From positions 25,707,354-25,771,353 of the forward strand of contig NC_068990.1 in assembly GCF_001194135.2 (NCBI RefSeq): a stretch of 64,000 nt of DNA, written 5' to 3'. A model generated the notes under the pieces. It made no database searches and had not been told where the DNA came from. It saw nothing but the letters and a program-made list of their open reading frames with translations. This DNA comes from Octopus bimaculoides. Taxonomy: Eukaryota. This document shows, one piece after another, positions 13,047 through 26,435 of this stretch. The translations under genes and the position numbers were made by a program. Each line of letters begins with the position of its first letter. Position 1 is the first letter of the stretch.

Positions 13047-14696
13047 AAAAAATGATAATAATGATCTGAATAATAACAATACCAACAATAATAATGATAA
13101 TAATAACAATCATAATAATGTTTCTAATGTAGGCTCAAGGTCAGAAATTTAGGTGAGGGGTATATTCTTAGTGTCCTTAACAGGCTCTTTATTGACCTGA
13201 ATGCATGAAAGGCAAAATTGACTAAGGTAGGATTTGAACTCTGAACATAAAGATTTGAAATAATGCTGCCGGGTAGTTTGTCCATCAGTAATGATTCTGT
13301 CCATTCAGCTTCTATAACTGTTGATAATGGTACACGGACGGGATGCTGAATGCATTTTTGCTGAAAGACAAGAAGCTGAACAAACAAGAATGCTGAACAG
13401 ACATACGAAAATTAAAATTTAATCTCGTTAAATCTCAAGTGCCAAATTGGTGAATTGGTCATTAAACTATGTGGGTAGAAATGTTTTTATTATTATTGTG
13501 TCCGTTTGGCTTTACGTCCATTTGGCATTGTGTCCATTTGGCATTGTGTCCATTTGGCTTCTTGTCCTTAAGCAAGAGTGCATTCGGCATCCTGTCCACG
13601 CATGGTTTATAATATATACACAAGGTGGCAAGCTGACAGAACTGTTAACATGCTGGGTGGAATGCTTAAGTGGCCCTTTGTCTTTATGTTCCGAGTCCAA
13701 ATTCAGTTGGGGTCAGGTTTGTCTTTCATACTTTTGGGGTTGATAAAATAAGTACCAGTTATATACTGGGGTTGAATTAATTATCCCCACCCAAACTGCA
13801 GGCCTTGCTCCAAAATGTGAAACCAATGTATGTACAAGGCCTGAAACTTTGGGAGAGAGAGTAAGCCAATATCCTCAACTCCAGTACTTCTTTTATCAGC
13901 CCTGGAAGAATAAAAGGCAACATTTGACTTCAGTCAGATTTCAACTTAGAAGGTAACTAGCCAGAAGAAATACTGCTAAGCATCTTGTCTGATGTGCTAA
14001 CAACATCATCATCATCGTTTAATGTCCGCTTTCCCTGCCTGGCATGGGTTGGACGGTTTGATTGAGGGCTGGCAAGCCAGAAGGCTGCACCAGGCTCCAA
14101 TCTGATCTGGCAGTGTTTCTACAGCTGGATGGCTCTCGTGCCGGCAAGGTTTCTACATCTGGATGCCCTTCTACACCTGACTGGTGTAAAAAGAGTAAAA
14201 AGAGAATAATATGGCGAAATGGTAGAATTGTTAGCACACTTTATTTTTTCATACCTTTGTATGCTATACATATGTCCCCTCTTCGTCAGTATATACCGTG
14301 TATACTGTTTTTTTGATTATTGTATGTAAACCCCCACACTTTTATGTTTGTCTCTGTATTGTACCACCCATCCTTTGCCCTGTGGCAAATAAATGAAATC
14401 ATTATTATTATCATTATTGTCAAGACAGCAAAACAGCAGAATCATTAGAGCTTTGGTAAATACGCTTGGTAGCATTTCTTCTTCCTCTCTAGATTATGAG
14501 TTCAAATCTTACTGAGGTCAACTTTAGCTCTCATCTTTTGAGGGTTGATGAAATGAAGTAGTACCAGTCAAGTACTGGGTTGAGAGTATTGACTAACCCC
14601 CTGTCCACTAAAATTGCTAGCATTGTGCGAAAACTCGAAACCATTTGTATTGTTGTTATGCTATTTGTTTATTTATATTTTTAATCTTTTTTCCAG

Positions 14697-14845
14697 GAAA
14701 GTGTACCGGTATATCACCCGTCTCCCAATGTGAGTCGGCCAGCGAATCTATTAACAGAAGAAGAGCAGATTAAAATAGCACAGAGACTTGGATTAATTAA
14801 CCACTTACCAACTGGAGTTTATGATGGCACAAAGAAGGCCAGAGA
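14697..14845 (+). CDS. RNF11: RING finger protein 11, internal coding exon (149 nt, phase 0 to 2)
   Basis: ttccag acceptor and GA|gtgag donor. Translates ESVPVYHPSPNVSRPANLLTEEEQIKIAQRLGLINHLPTGVYDGTKKARE, matching vertebrate RNF11 VPVYHP..LTEEEQIRIAQRIGLIQHLP.GVYD. Confidence 0.94.
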
Positions 14846-14886
14846 GTGAGTTGGGAGCAGTTTTTCTTTTTCTTTTTACTTTTCGA

Positions 14887-15200
14887 GTGTTGGGCCTCAC
14901 AGAGGCAATGACAAATGACCGAGACCTTTGGCATTATGCTGTGCTTGAGAAGAGGCTCCATCGAGCCAAGTGAAATTGTAGTCATGACAGATGCCGGTGT
15001 CATGCAATTGGCACCTATGCTGGTGGTACGTAAAAGCACCCATTACACTCTTGGAGTGGTTGGCATTAGGAAGGGCATCCAGCTATAGAAACCCTGCCAA
15101 AGCAGACTGGAATCTGGGACAGCCTTCCAGGTTGCAAGCCCTGGTCAAACCGTCCAACCCATGCCAGCATGGACAACGGACGTTAAATGATAATGATGAT
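14887..15200 (+). mobile_element. RTE LINE 3' end: ORF2 terminus plus 3' UTR with (GAT)n tail
   Basis: 14887-14973 reads VLGLTEAMTNDRDLWHYAVLEKRLHRAK*, followed by the GGAAGGGCATCCAGCT block and catgccagcatgga...cgttaaatgat tail. This shows the abundant CAT/GAT-tailed repeat is a LINE 3' UTR. Confidence 0.75.
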
Positions 15201-17569
15201 TTAAACCCTTTTTTCCACTCTTGTAAATTGGTTGGCATTAGGGAAGGGTATCCAGCCATAGAAACCATGCCAAAGCAGATTCCAGAGTCTTCTGAGTTGC
15301 CACTTCCTGTCAAACTGTCCAGCCAATTCCAGCATTAAATGATATCAACCTGTCCAACCCATGCTACACGTTAAATGATGATGATGATGAATTCATTTTC
15401 TTCCACTGAAATATGTTTTCATAGAATCCACTGAAATCCAGTGCCAAAGCCATCATATTTTTTGTGATCATGACCATCCTGATCATAAATTAACCTTGGA
15501 CAAGTGACTTCTACTACATCTCCCAGCAACCAATGGTCTTGTGAGTGGATATGGTAGATGGAAACTGAAAGAAGCCCATCGTGTGTGTGTGTGTGTGTGT
15601 GTGTGTGATCATTATCGTTTAATGTCCACCTTCCATGCTGGCATGGGTGGGATAGTTTATGAAGAGCCAGCCAGGCAGAAGCCTGCACCAGGGTTCTGTA
15701 ACTGTTTTGGCAAGGTTTTTACAGCTGGATGCCCTTCCTAACACCAACCACTTTACAGTGGAGGTCACGAAAAGCGTCAAGGGAATTCTTTTTCTTCCAG
15801 TTTAAGGCCACAATATAGATAAATAAAACAAAAGGAAAAAAATAATCCAATACGAAAAATAAGTAAACGAAAGTACAAAGTATAGTTTTTTTTATTTGAA
15901 AGTGCTGCAGGATTGATAATGATTTTAAAACAATCCGAGGAAATATAAAAATAGATTTGGATTAGCGCGTGTGTGTAGCTTTACGAATGTTTGAATGCCC
16001 TTTTTTTTTCTTTTGGTGTCTCTCACATTAACGATATATGATTGTAAGATTGAAAATAAAAGAAAGAAATAAAACTGTATTTGAGAATATGGAAAACTAA
16101 ACCTGGCAATGCCGAGTAACTGAAACGAATAATTGGACAAACGTCTGTTCTGTCAACTTTCAAATAATATTTTTAATTTTAGAAATAAGTAGTTAAATTT
16201 TAATTAATTTTTACAAAATATGAAAGCGTTAATTTATAATAACATTTTGATACCTTCCTTTTAAACATTTACATCTTGTTTCGTTTCCTCAAAAGAGCCA
16301 GTTTAATTTTTGCTTATTCTCAGCTTCCATTTTTTCAACTTATTTGTCTCTAAAGCGAAAGATCTCCAATTGATTTCCTCTTTCGCCGGTGCTGAGTGTC
16401 ACTAGTTCCTTCCGTAACTACTATTTTATTTGTTTTTATTTGTGCAAGTGAATTACCTTCCGTTTGCTTCGCAGTTATCTCCCTTGCGTTTACATTAGAT
16501 ACAAAACATGGCAGATTTAATTCTTCAAAGAAGCAACAGTTTACAGTGGCTTCATTACTCATTACAAATATTCATCTCGTTCTTTAAAAGTAGAACAGGT
16601 GACCACTGCGTAAAGGTCTTTATTCTTTTTATGCTAATGATAAAGAAAGGTTATCTTTCGATTGAGAGATATAAAATGCAAGATGGAAAATCAAAACGCA
16701 GGTCGAAAGATCAATAAAATATAAAACAATATTTCTTCAGACGTCAACAGTATTGGAAGGAGAATGATTGATGCTAAAGGTCATTTCTTAAGCTGACAGG
16801 AATGACAATGTAACATCAACGTACGGAATAAAATGCCTGGGCAGACTATGACAAACAAATAATTTCTTTATTGCTCCAGTTAACTAACATCAAAGTCATC
16901 GCGACATTTTCGTTACGATGTCTGTTCTAGTTACACTGATTGTAGCGGTTGGAGGCGGTGGTGGGAGGAGTGTGCGTGTACGGATACGTTTGATGGGAAT
17001 GGAATGTTGATAGGAAGCTCCGTAGTATAAGAGACTGGATCCGTCTCAGGTGCTATAATGAATTATTATCGGTCATCGAAGTTGTTTAGTCCCAGGACAA
17101 GTCTAAACAAGTAGGCATTGATGAAAGATGCTCCATCTATGACCGTCCCATTTGTGTGTGTGTGTGTGTGTGTGCGAGAGAGAGAGAGAGAGAGAGAGCA
17201 GAAAAACAACATTGCTTTTTCTTTTTCTTTTTAGATCCTTCAGTTTTCAGACAACTCTGTCAAAAGCAATGCTTATTCACGTTATTTAAAATCAATGAGG
17301 CATTATCTCGTAGCTTTGAGATTTCGACGATGTGATTATTTTTAGAGTGACATTGTAGGGTATGTGTGAGAGGTTGGATGAGGTCAGTTTGAAGAGAAAA
17401 CAGGTAGAATGTTTGGGCCAGTGAGTAAAATAGTCACTAGTATTGTGGAGAGCTTGCCCAGCTGTAATGATGTTCACCTCACTCTGATATATTGTGTTTT
17501 TTAACACAATATCTATCTATAGTGTCTCTCAGACGAAAACCAGTGTCATACCTTTCAACAAGGTATATA

Positions 17570-17860
17570 CATTTAGGTCAGGTGTGGGGGAATGTACTGT
17601 TGCAGCACGTTGCTGCATTCACCATTTGTCAGTATATTCTCGGGTCCTCTTGGGCGATCCATTGAACAATCCCACTCAGTTCCCATCTCCATGAGACACC
17701 TCTTCCTCTACCTGGACCATGTGACATTTGGTTGACCAATACAAGCCGTCAACCCACCTGGATCCTAAGTGAAAAGAACACAGTAAGCAAGATCTAAATC
17801 AGAAAATCCAGCAACATGGCCAGACGGTCTGAGCTGGCCATCATGATGACACACAGATGA
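17570..17860 (-). mobile_element. Degraded RTE-type LINE 3' end
   Basis: Minus-strand QLRPSGHVAGFSDLDLAYCVL resembles RTE QLRLYGHVARFP..DPAH.VL; ends in ...ccccacacctgacct tail. Confidence 0.6.
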
Positions 17861-18941
17861 TATTTTCGTTTAATGCTGTTACCATGAGTTTTCTAATAAC
17901 CTGGCAAGCTCCTACAGTACTAGTAAATGTTTTTATTCCTTGTTTTCGATGTATATCAAGGCATGAATTTCATTTGAGTGCACAGCATTGACAAACCTCA
18001 TTCTCTTGAGTCACTGCAGCAACTCTGTTCATCTTGCTCTGATGTCTATTGTGGTTTTTATCATAACAAATCTATGAAGTCAACCCCACAACTTTGTACC
18101 CTCTAATGATTTGTGAGATTTTAATTCAATACCGTTTCAATTGAGCTCACCAAATTATTTTGTAAAATAAGAAATACCAGAGGAACATAACTATTTGATG
18201 ACTTCAAATCGCATCTTGCTTATTCTTAATCATTATAGGAGCAATAAACTGTCATGTGATGGTTTGTTGGGCAAGAAGTGTTGCAGGATCTATTCCAGCT
18301 CTTGTCTTTTGGTCAGGCCTTAACCCTTTAGTATTTACACCTGCCATATCTGAACCAAATATTCTACTTGTTTCATGGTTAAACTAGCCAGATCCAGCCT
18401 CTCATACCTACCCAGCAAGATAACAGTTCTAGAAATCGTTAGTGCCACATAAAAGCATCCAGTACACTCTGTAAAGTGGTTGGTATTAAGAAGGGCACTG
18501 AGCCATAGAAACCATGCTAAAGCAGACAACTGGATCCTGGTGCAGCTCTCCAGCTTGTAACCTCCTGTCAAACCGTCCAACCCATGCCAACACAGAAAAT
18601 GGATATTAAATGGTGATGATTTAGTGTGTGATTCAAATAAATAATTAAAATCTTAATGAAAATATTCTATTCTTGATTTGTTTTAATTATTCTAACTTCA
18701 TCCAAGGGTTACCAACATCTATCTGTCTATGAATCTCTCTTGCTCTCATTCACACTCCTTGCAGTAATCATCTCGGTTCAAATCCAACTGACATCAACTT
18801 TTTGTCTCTTCAAGCCAAGTCTTCAACCCCAAGTCCTGGGGTCAATTCTGTCAATTAATCCCTTCCCCTACTTCAGCTTGTAACATCAACATTATTTACA
18901 CACCACTCACTAACTTTTTTCCTTCTATTTTTGTTTTCCAG

Positions 18942-19116
18942 GTGCGTGATATGCATGGTAGAATTCAATATTGGTGATGCATTACGTTATCTTCCTTGTA
19001 TGCACACTTACCATAGAGACTGCATCGACGACTGGTTGATGCGATCCTTCACTTGTCCTTCGTGTATGGAACCAGTTGATGCTGCTTTACTGACGACCTA
19101 TGAGACCAATCAGTGA
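18942..19116 (+). CDS. RNF11: RING finger protein 11, last coding exon (RING-H2 domain, ends in TGA)
   Basis: ttttccag acceptor; phase 2 joins the previous exon (GA|G = Glu). CVICMVEFNIGDALRYLPCMHTYHRDCIDDWLMRSFTCPSCMEPVDAALLTTYETNQ* is a C3H2C3 RING nearly identical to the RNF11 C-terminus. Confidence 0.97.
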
Positions 19117-19439
19117 ACTGCTGTTGACTGTTGTCTTTCTTTTTTGTATTGTTGGGTTCATTGGTATTTTATTTTCTCTCTCACACATCCTTGTAAACAT
19201 TGAAGACGCCACAAAGACACGCACACAATATGCTCTCTCTCTGTCTCTCACTCACACTCACAACACACACAAATACTCACATACATAGATTCGAAGTTCT
19301 GTTGGTGTCTCCTACATGGATTCTCAGCTATTGATCTCGGTGCATCTGAAGACAAGCATGGGCCTACCTGAAATCAACCAATCTGTTTTGATTTGGGAGT
19401 AGGGCAATACCAGGAGGCACCACTTCAAAGGAAATATAT

Positions 19440-19990
19440 ATACTTACAGAACATGCACACATATGTATAAACACACGTGTACATAGATATTTATACATCA
19501 AATACACAAATACTTATATACATACACACACAGATTATATATATGATTATATATTTACACAAACACACACATGTATGTATATTTGTATATATAACTCATA
19601 CACTTACACATATATGCATAAACACAAATATATATAATTACATATATCTTTACATGCATACACATATACTTACAAGTGTGTATAATATGTTTGTATGTGT
19701 GTATGAATATGGATAATATAATTACACATATGTATATATAACCCATCCACTTACTTATATATGCATACACACATATCTATATTTATACACACAAACATAT
19801 ATAATTATATATAAAAATTTATATAATATATATATAATTATATATAAAATATATATATATATATATATAGTTATATATAAAAATATATATATAATTATAT
19901 ATATATGTAATATATATATATATATACATAATTATATATAAATATATATATATATAATATATATATACACACACACACGTATATATAACT
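19440..19990. repeat. Degenerate AT-rich (TA/CA) low-complexity tract just downstream of the RNF11 stop
   Basis: ~550 bp of tatata/cacaca variants. Confidence 0.9.
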
Positions 19991-22900
19991 GAACTTAATA
20001 AATGCATAGCACCAACACAGTACTGACAGGCAACTGTCACTGGAGAAGTGAAACTTGCTGCATTGTGAAGAGGAGAAAGAGGGGGGAGTGAAAAAAGAAA
20101 ATGAAGAAGAAAAAAAAAACCAAACAAACCAGAATATGCAGCGCCTAAAATATGTCTTTCATACGCCGACTGACTGCTTGTAAGTATGCATGTGTGAGTG
20201 TATAAACTTTTTGTTTTTTTTAATTTTTAATTAACTAATTAATAATCCAGATGGAATTTCAGAAGGAAAGGAAACGCCAAACACTGAATGACTGCTTTTA
20301 TGGGNNNNNNNNNNNNNNNNNNNNNNNNNNNNNNNNNNNNNNNNNNNNNNNNNNNNNNNNNNNNNNNNNNNNNNNNNNNNNNNNNNNNNNNNNNNNNNNN
20401 NNNNNNNNNNNNNNNNNNNNNNNNNNNNNNNNNNNNNNNNNNNNNNNNNNNNNNNNNNNNNNNNNNNNNNNNNNNNNNNNNNNNNNNNNNNNNNNNNNNN
20501 NNNNNNNNNNNNNNNNNNNNNNNNNNNNNNNNNNNNNNNNNNNNNNNNNNNNNNNNNNNNNNNNNNNNNNNNNNNNNNNNNNNNNNNNNNTTTTCTCCAT
20601 ATTGGTCAAGTTCCTGGCAGAGACATGATACTAAAATGTTGACCATGCTGTTGCCGGTTCAAACCTATGTAAGACAGAATGTGATATCATATTGTTGTTA
20701 TTATTATTACTATTATTATAATTATTATTTTTTCCCATCTTGTATAATTCAAACACTAATGACTTTTTGTTTTCGTTTGTCTTGTGTTTTTTTTCCATTT
20801 TGCTTGTTTGTCTTTTGTTATTCTTTTTAGTTGTTGCTCCAAACAAAACCAAAAAAAAAAAAAGAAAGGAAAAAAATTTTTTTCCGTAGACTCATGAAGA
20901 TTCCTAAGGGTTTACAGCAACATTCTTCATTTTTATCTTATTTTTCCAATCCCATATTATTATTATTATTATTATTATGTTATGTATTTCGTTCCACATA
21001 CACACACGCATAATTTTATGATAGGTGCTATAAACAAATTCTTTAGAAAAAACTAATTTCACAAATTCTGACCATTACCAGACCCAGATTAAGTTAGTCT
21101 TTTCTGCAGCATTTAATTTTAGTTCATGCTGAGTTGAGGGGGAAAAAAAAAGAGCGGGGGAATCCAAACATAGAACTAGCATTAGATTTGAACACTCAAA
21201 TACATTTTCAAAACTGACAACTAAATATTATTTTCTACTTATTTGTCAACTGCATTTTTTTTTTTTACACTGACCTCCCCCTAAACAATATGTAGATACA
21301 ATGGCCTCCAGCATATGTAGGTATGTGTGTGTATATGCATATATGTGTCTATACACACAGTTCATGTGTATATAAGCTTAATATTGTACTTAGGTCTAAG
21401 GGAGCAAGATGGCAGAATTGTTACCATGCTGAGCAAAATGATTTGTGGCATTTCATCTGACTTTATGTTCTGAGTTCAAATGCTGCCGAGGCCAACTTTG
21501 CCCTTCATCCTTTTGGAGTTGATAAAATAAGTACCAGTTGAGCACTGGGGTTGATGTAATTGACTTAATCCCTCTTCTGCAAACTTGCTGGCCTTGTGCC
21601 AAAATGGAAACCAATATTGCTCTTGGGTAAATACAAATGTGTCCAAATAGACATTACAAACACATATCTACTCACACACAGTATATATATAAAATACACA
21701 CATATGAATATACACATTTCCAATACACTGCATACACACAGATATCAATGGTGGTGTCTGAGAGACTTTGTTGGACACAATACATTACAGTATTTAATGA
21801 CCTCATACCTGCAGGTTCTGAGTTCAAATTCAACTCATGCTGACTAGTTTTTATCTTCTTTCAAGCTGATAAGTAAAAAAAAAATCCCACTTTAGCATTT
21901 TTTTTTTAATGAAACAAAGCTGCAGGAAGACTTTGTGGAGGTCATCTGTGGCTTGAACAATGGGCCTCTCTGCTCCTTTCCCAAAGTCCAGTAGTGATGG
22001 TAAACCAGGAGAAGTGGGCAGGCTTGGTCAGCTGGAATCCTTAGTTTGGAGCCACATGCTGGTGGCTCTTACATGAAGGTCATCCTGTCCACAATTTATC
22101 TATTCAACAAAGAAAGAATTTATACATTTTTGAAGGGATCAGCTCTACCTCCTTAAGTGATAGACCAATCTAGTTATATTCTAAGGGTTAATTATGCAAA
22201 AAAATCTTTAGGGATTTTGTTACTTCTATTAACAATTATTTTTATCATGTTTTCTGAATCTGTTAGTTATATTTAAACAAGGCATTGAATGAAGTGAACT
22301 TATTTGATATAGCTCATAACTTTCTAAGTTAGATTTAGGACCAGTCTTACAATGCTTGGCTTTTAAAACCACTGGCTGTGACAATCAGTGATGTTGCCAT
22401 TATGAATGGAACTTACAGCATGCAGTGATTTTTGCTTCCTCTGCAGTTCCAATACTTGCTTTTACCATTCTTTTTCATTGGCACTTGGTTTTACTGACTT
22501 TGGGAAAGGAATGCAGGTAAGAATGGCTATTTCTTTACCTCTCATCCCTGAAGTCAGGGGGGTCAGTCAGTCTTTGATAGATATTTCTGAATGATAATTT
22601 TATGAAGGGATTTTCCTCTCATTCAAAGTGACAGATCTTTGATCACTTACGTTTGTATTAAAGTTGTGTGGATATATATATATATACATATATATATGTG
22701 CATGCATATACATGCTACCGATTGAGGACAGAAACTAAATATGTCTTCTCTGTGGAGTGACCAACAGATCCTCCTTATCCACACATCAACAGCATAGGAA
22801 CAATCGATTTATGTTCTTATTTAACTCACAGTGAGGCTTTGTAATTTATTTCAGTTCTCATTTACACTGTTTTGTAGATAGATATTGTTTGATGATGAGC

Positions 22901-23793
22901 TATCAAAAGCACAAATATGCAATTAAGCTATCCACTAATGTGCTAGGCTAATCTATGATTGCTTAATAAGCAGCTGATCTATACCATTGACTAAGGAAAG
23001 TGGGTTACTTCTCTGAGGAGTGTACAACATGAAGCAGTCAGTCAGGAAACTCCCCCTTCATTGTTTCTCTTTACATCAATAGTGTAGAAGGAATGTTTAC
23101 ATTCTCATTTAATACACAGTGAGGCTATATAATATACACACACATATTTAATGATGGCCTATCCTGTCCAATTCAAAGTATGAAGGCTCAACAGTTAAAT
23201 ATAATTCCAATACTGAGCTACATAGAGATTTTCATGGCAGATAAATAGAAATAGCTCTCATGTGCCACTCTCTTCAAACAGCATTCCTCAGGTTTTACAA
23301 TAGAGTAACATCTTCCTTGAAACGTGCTTTATTGAGAGCCATGGGATTCTACAATCCCAATGATTTTTAGGGTACACTGAACACCATCTTGGCATTTCAA
23401 AATTTTCACACAATTGCTAGATGGTTGTTGACCTTCATCTATCCCTTTGACCTTGTTTTACCCTGCTTGGTTTCTGACAACCCTTCTCTCCTCGGGTAAC
23501 CTGGCTGGGACAACAGCTTACACCCTAATGACCCAATACAGTAACAGGTTATCCTGGCTTATTTGTCATCAGTAGTGCTCTCGATTGACATGACACAATA
23601 TAAACATATACACTCACACATACATATAGCTTGTGTATGTGTATAAGCATATATATATACACGTTGATATACCTACAGTGCAGCAAAACAATAAAACTTG
23701 CACACATTGATTATATTGCTGTCCAGATCTATTTCAGACTGAGAGGTCATAATTGGATTAAATAGGCTTAGTCACACACACATACCTTGTGTA

Positions 23794-23885
<92 letters not shown>

Positions 23886-26393
23886 TATTGATAGACTCAG
23901 TTTCATTGACCATACTGAGGGGCCCAGTTGTATTAAATACATTTAGACGCACACAAATTAGGACCAGTTGTTTATTCAAAAATTCANNNNNNNNNNNNNN
24001 NNNNNNNNNNNNNNNNNCTCATTATTATTGTAAGTAAATATTTTATTTTATATTTAATTATAATTTGATTATTATATTAATTTATTTCTTGTGCGAGGAA
24101 CATTTTTTTTTTTGTGATTCCTATTTTCAAATGGAAATCCCAAATATTGAAAAAAAAAATAACAAACAAAAAAAGAAGCTTCAACAACACTTCATGGACA
24201 TTACAAAGTCTGTTTGATTGATTGTGAGAGGATTCAGTTGAAAAAAAAAAACAAAATACTTGTATTGTAAGAGTTGGAGGGATCAAAAGTATATGTTTCT
24301 TTGAGAAAAAACTCATTTGATGTCCATTGTTTTTATTTTTTGTTTTTTGCAAAATCTGTAGTTGGAAAGGGCTACAGTTCCAATGTTCTGTTTTCTATTA
24401 GCTTGTGGAATTTGGTTAGCAATTTCTTTGTCATATTGACAATGATTGAGCCAACTGATTGTCAGATATAAAACAGAACATATTTTAAGGTATTGATTTT
24501 TATTATCATCATCATCATCTTTTAATATCCATTTTCCATGCTAGCAAGGCCAACAGCAGAACCAGGCTCCGGTGATCTGTTTTAACATGGTTTCTACAGC
24601 TGGATGCCCTTCCTAATGCCAATCATTTTACAGAGTGGACTGGATGATTTATATGTGGCACCAGTGCCCTTCATACACAAACATTTCTAATGTTAGATGT
24701 CAAATGTAAAATAAGAAGACTACAACAAATGCTGAGTTGTCAATAGTTGCAACCCTTCAGATGTGATGTATAAATCTTTTTTTAGTTAATTTTGCCCTTC
24801 ATCCACCCTGGGCCAATGAAATATAAGTACCAGACATCTTCCAGGGCTTGATCTAATAGACTAACCACTCCCCACAAAATTTGAAGCTTTTGTTATTATG
24901 TAAACTGATAAAGTGCTGGGATTTGCACTTACCTAGCATGGACTGCTGAGCATGTTTTATGAAAATGAGACTACCATGCACACATAAAAAACAAAAAATA
25001 GTTAAAATATCTTCTTAGTATATAATGGTGGCAAGTTTTATTTCATCTGAAAAGTCATTAGTTGAACTATTAGTCCTCTTGCATTCTGGGAGGTGGGGTA
25101 TTGGAGCATTTGAGTGACATTAGACCCCAACATAAGCCCATAAATTAAATGCATCTATCTGGCCGACGATTGTGGCCTATTGACCACAATCATGGCCTGT
25201 CACGCTTTGTGTTACAAAACTTCACCATCATAATTATCCTCGTCAAAGTATTAAATGTTGGAAGGCCTTTTCCATTCAGCTGTTTTTAGTTTGGAACTGG
25301 ATGAAAGCCACAGCATGCTGTTGCTAGGTTCTTCTATATTGGTCATATGCCAACCCATCCAAGCTAACCTATTGCAGGTTTAATGTGACCAGCTGTTTAA
25401 CCCGGACTATCATTATAACCTAGAAAACGAGGAATCACAACAGACGTTGCTTGTTGCTAAGCATCTTTGCTGAGATTCTAACCATTCTGCCATTCTAATT
25501 TCTTAGACTTTATGGATGTCCCACCCCTTAAAAGATGAAAAGCAAAATTGACCTCAATAGATTTGATCTCAGATTGCAAAGAGCTGTTTTGTTAAGAAGT
25601 TTACTTCCCAACGACAGGGCTTCCAGTTTAGTTCTGCTGTGACCCACCAAGGAAAAGAGTCTTTAACCGCAGCCCTGCATTAACCAAACCATTGTGAGTG
25701 GATTTCACAGGCAAAAGACTATGTGGGAGCTGTTGTATACATATGTAACTTACCTCGTTCCTCTATAAACAGTAAATTTAGCTGTTTTGCTGCAAAGTGA
25801 AAAAAAAAAAAAAAAAGAACCATCTTAAACCTTTAACATTCAGATTTAATCCTTATTTATTCACATTGTTTTGAATTAATCACACATTATCTTGTAACTT
25901 TGAGATTTTGATGATGTCATCATCATCATTTAATGTCCGTTTTCCATGCTGGCATGGGTTGGACGGTTCGACTGGTGTCTGGGAAGCCAGGAGGCTGAAC
26001 CAGGATCCAGTCTGATCTGACAGTGTTTCTACAGCTGGATGCCCTTCCTAATGCCAACCACTCCGAGTGTAGTGGGTGCTTTTTTTTGTGCCACCGGCAC
26101 AGGGGCCAGAGCAGGCTGGCATCGACCACGACCAGATGGTGCTTCTTACATGCCACCGGCATAGGAGCCAGTCAAGGCAACTGAAGTAGGGAAGTGCAGC
26201 CCACCCCCAACCTTTGGGCTGGCTGGTGCCCATTCTCCCTTGCTATCATGAGGCTTTTTTTTGGAGCTGGATTTTCTATGGGGAGCATGCCCTTGCTTAC
26301 CCCCAACCTCAGTTTCTAGACATGAGTGGTCCTGGGTCCAAGGCTGTTTATATGAATTTTTAGAATTAGCCAAACATGAGCTGTTCGAGGGAC

Positions 26394-26435
26394 CCTCACT
26401 GAAGATGTCTATGGAATAGATGAAACTAGATGAGG
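26394..26435 (+). ncRNA. Degenerate minimal hammerhead motif
   Basis: CCTCA-CTGAAGA-T-GTCTAT gga ATAGAT-GAAA-CTAGA-TGAGG; stems I and II intact, but the NUH triplet appears to have lost its U. Confidence 0.5.

Noticed and set aside
13517-13560. Short tandem repeats (16-bp x ~3 here; 20-bp x2 at ~30260; 14-bp x3 at ~12190) as a CRISPR-like array
   Set aside because: No unique spacers and eukaryotic context; simple slippage duplications.
14230-14300. CTGACGA on the minus strand
   Set aside because: No complementary stem II and no GAAA in register.
22000-23400. Possible very old Penelope-like RT remnant on the minus strand (HSFPKVSK; GPKS..PCL)
   Set aside because: Similarity is only a few scattered residues across stops and frameshifts; needs TBLASTN to support.
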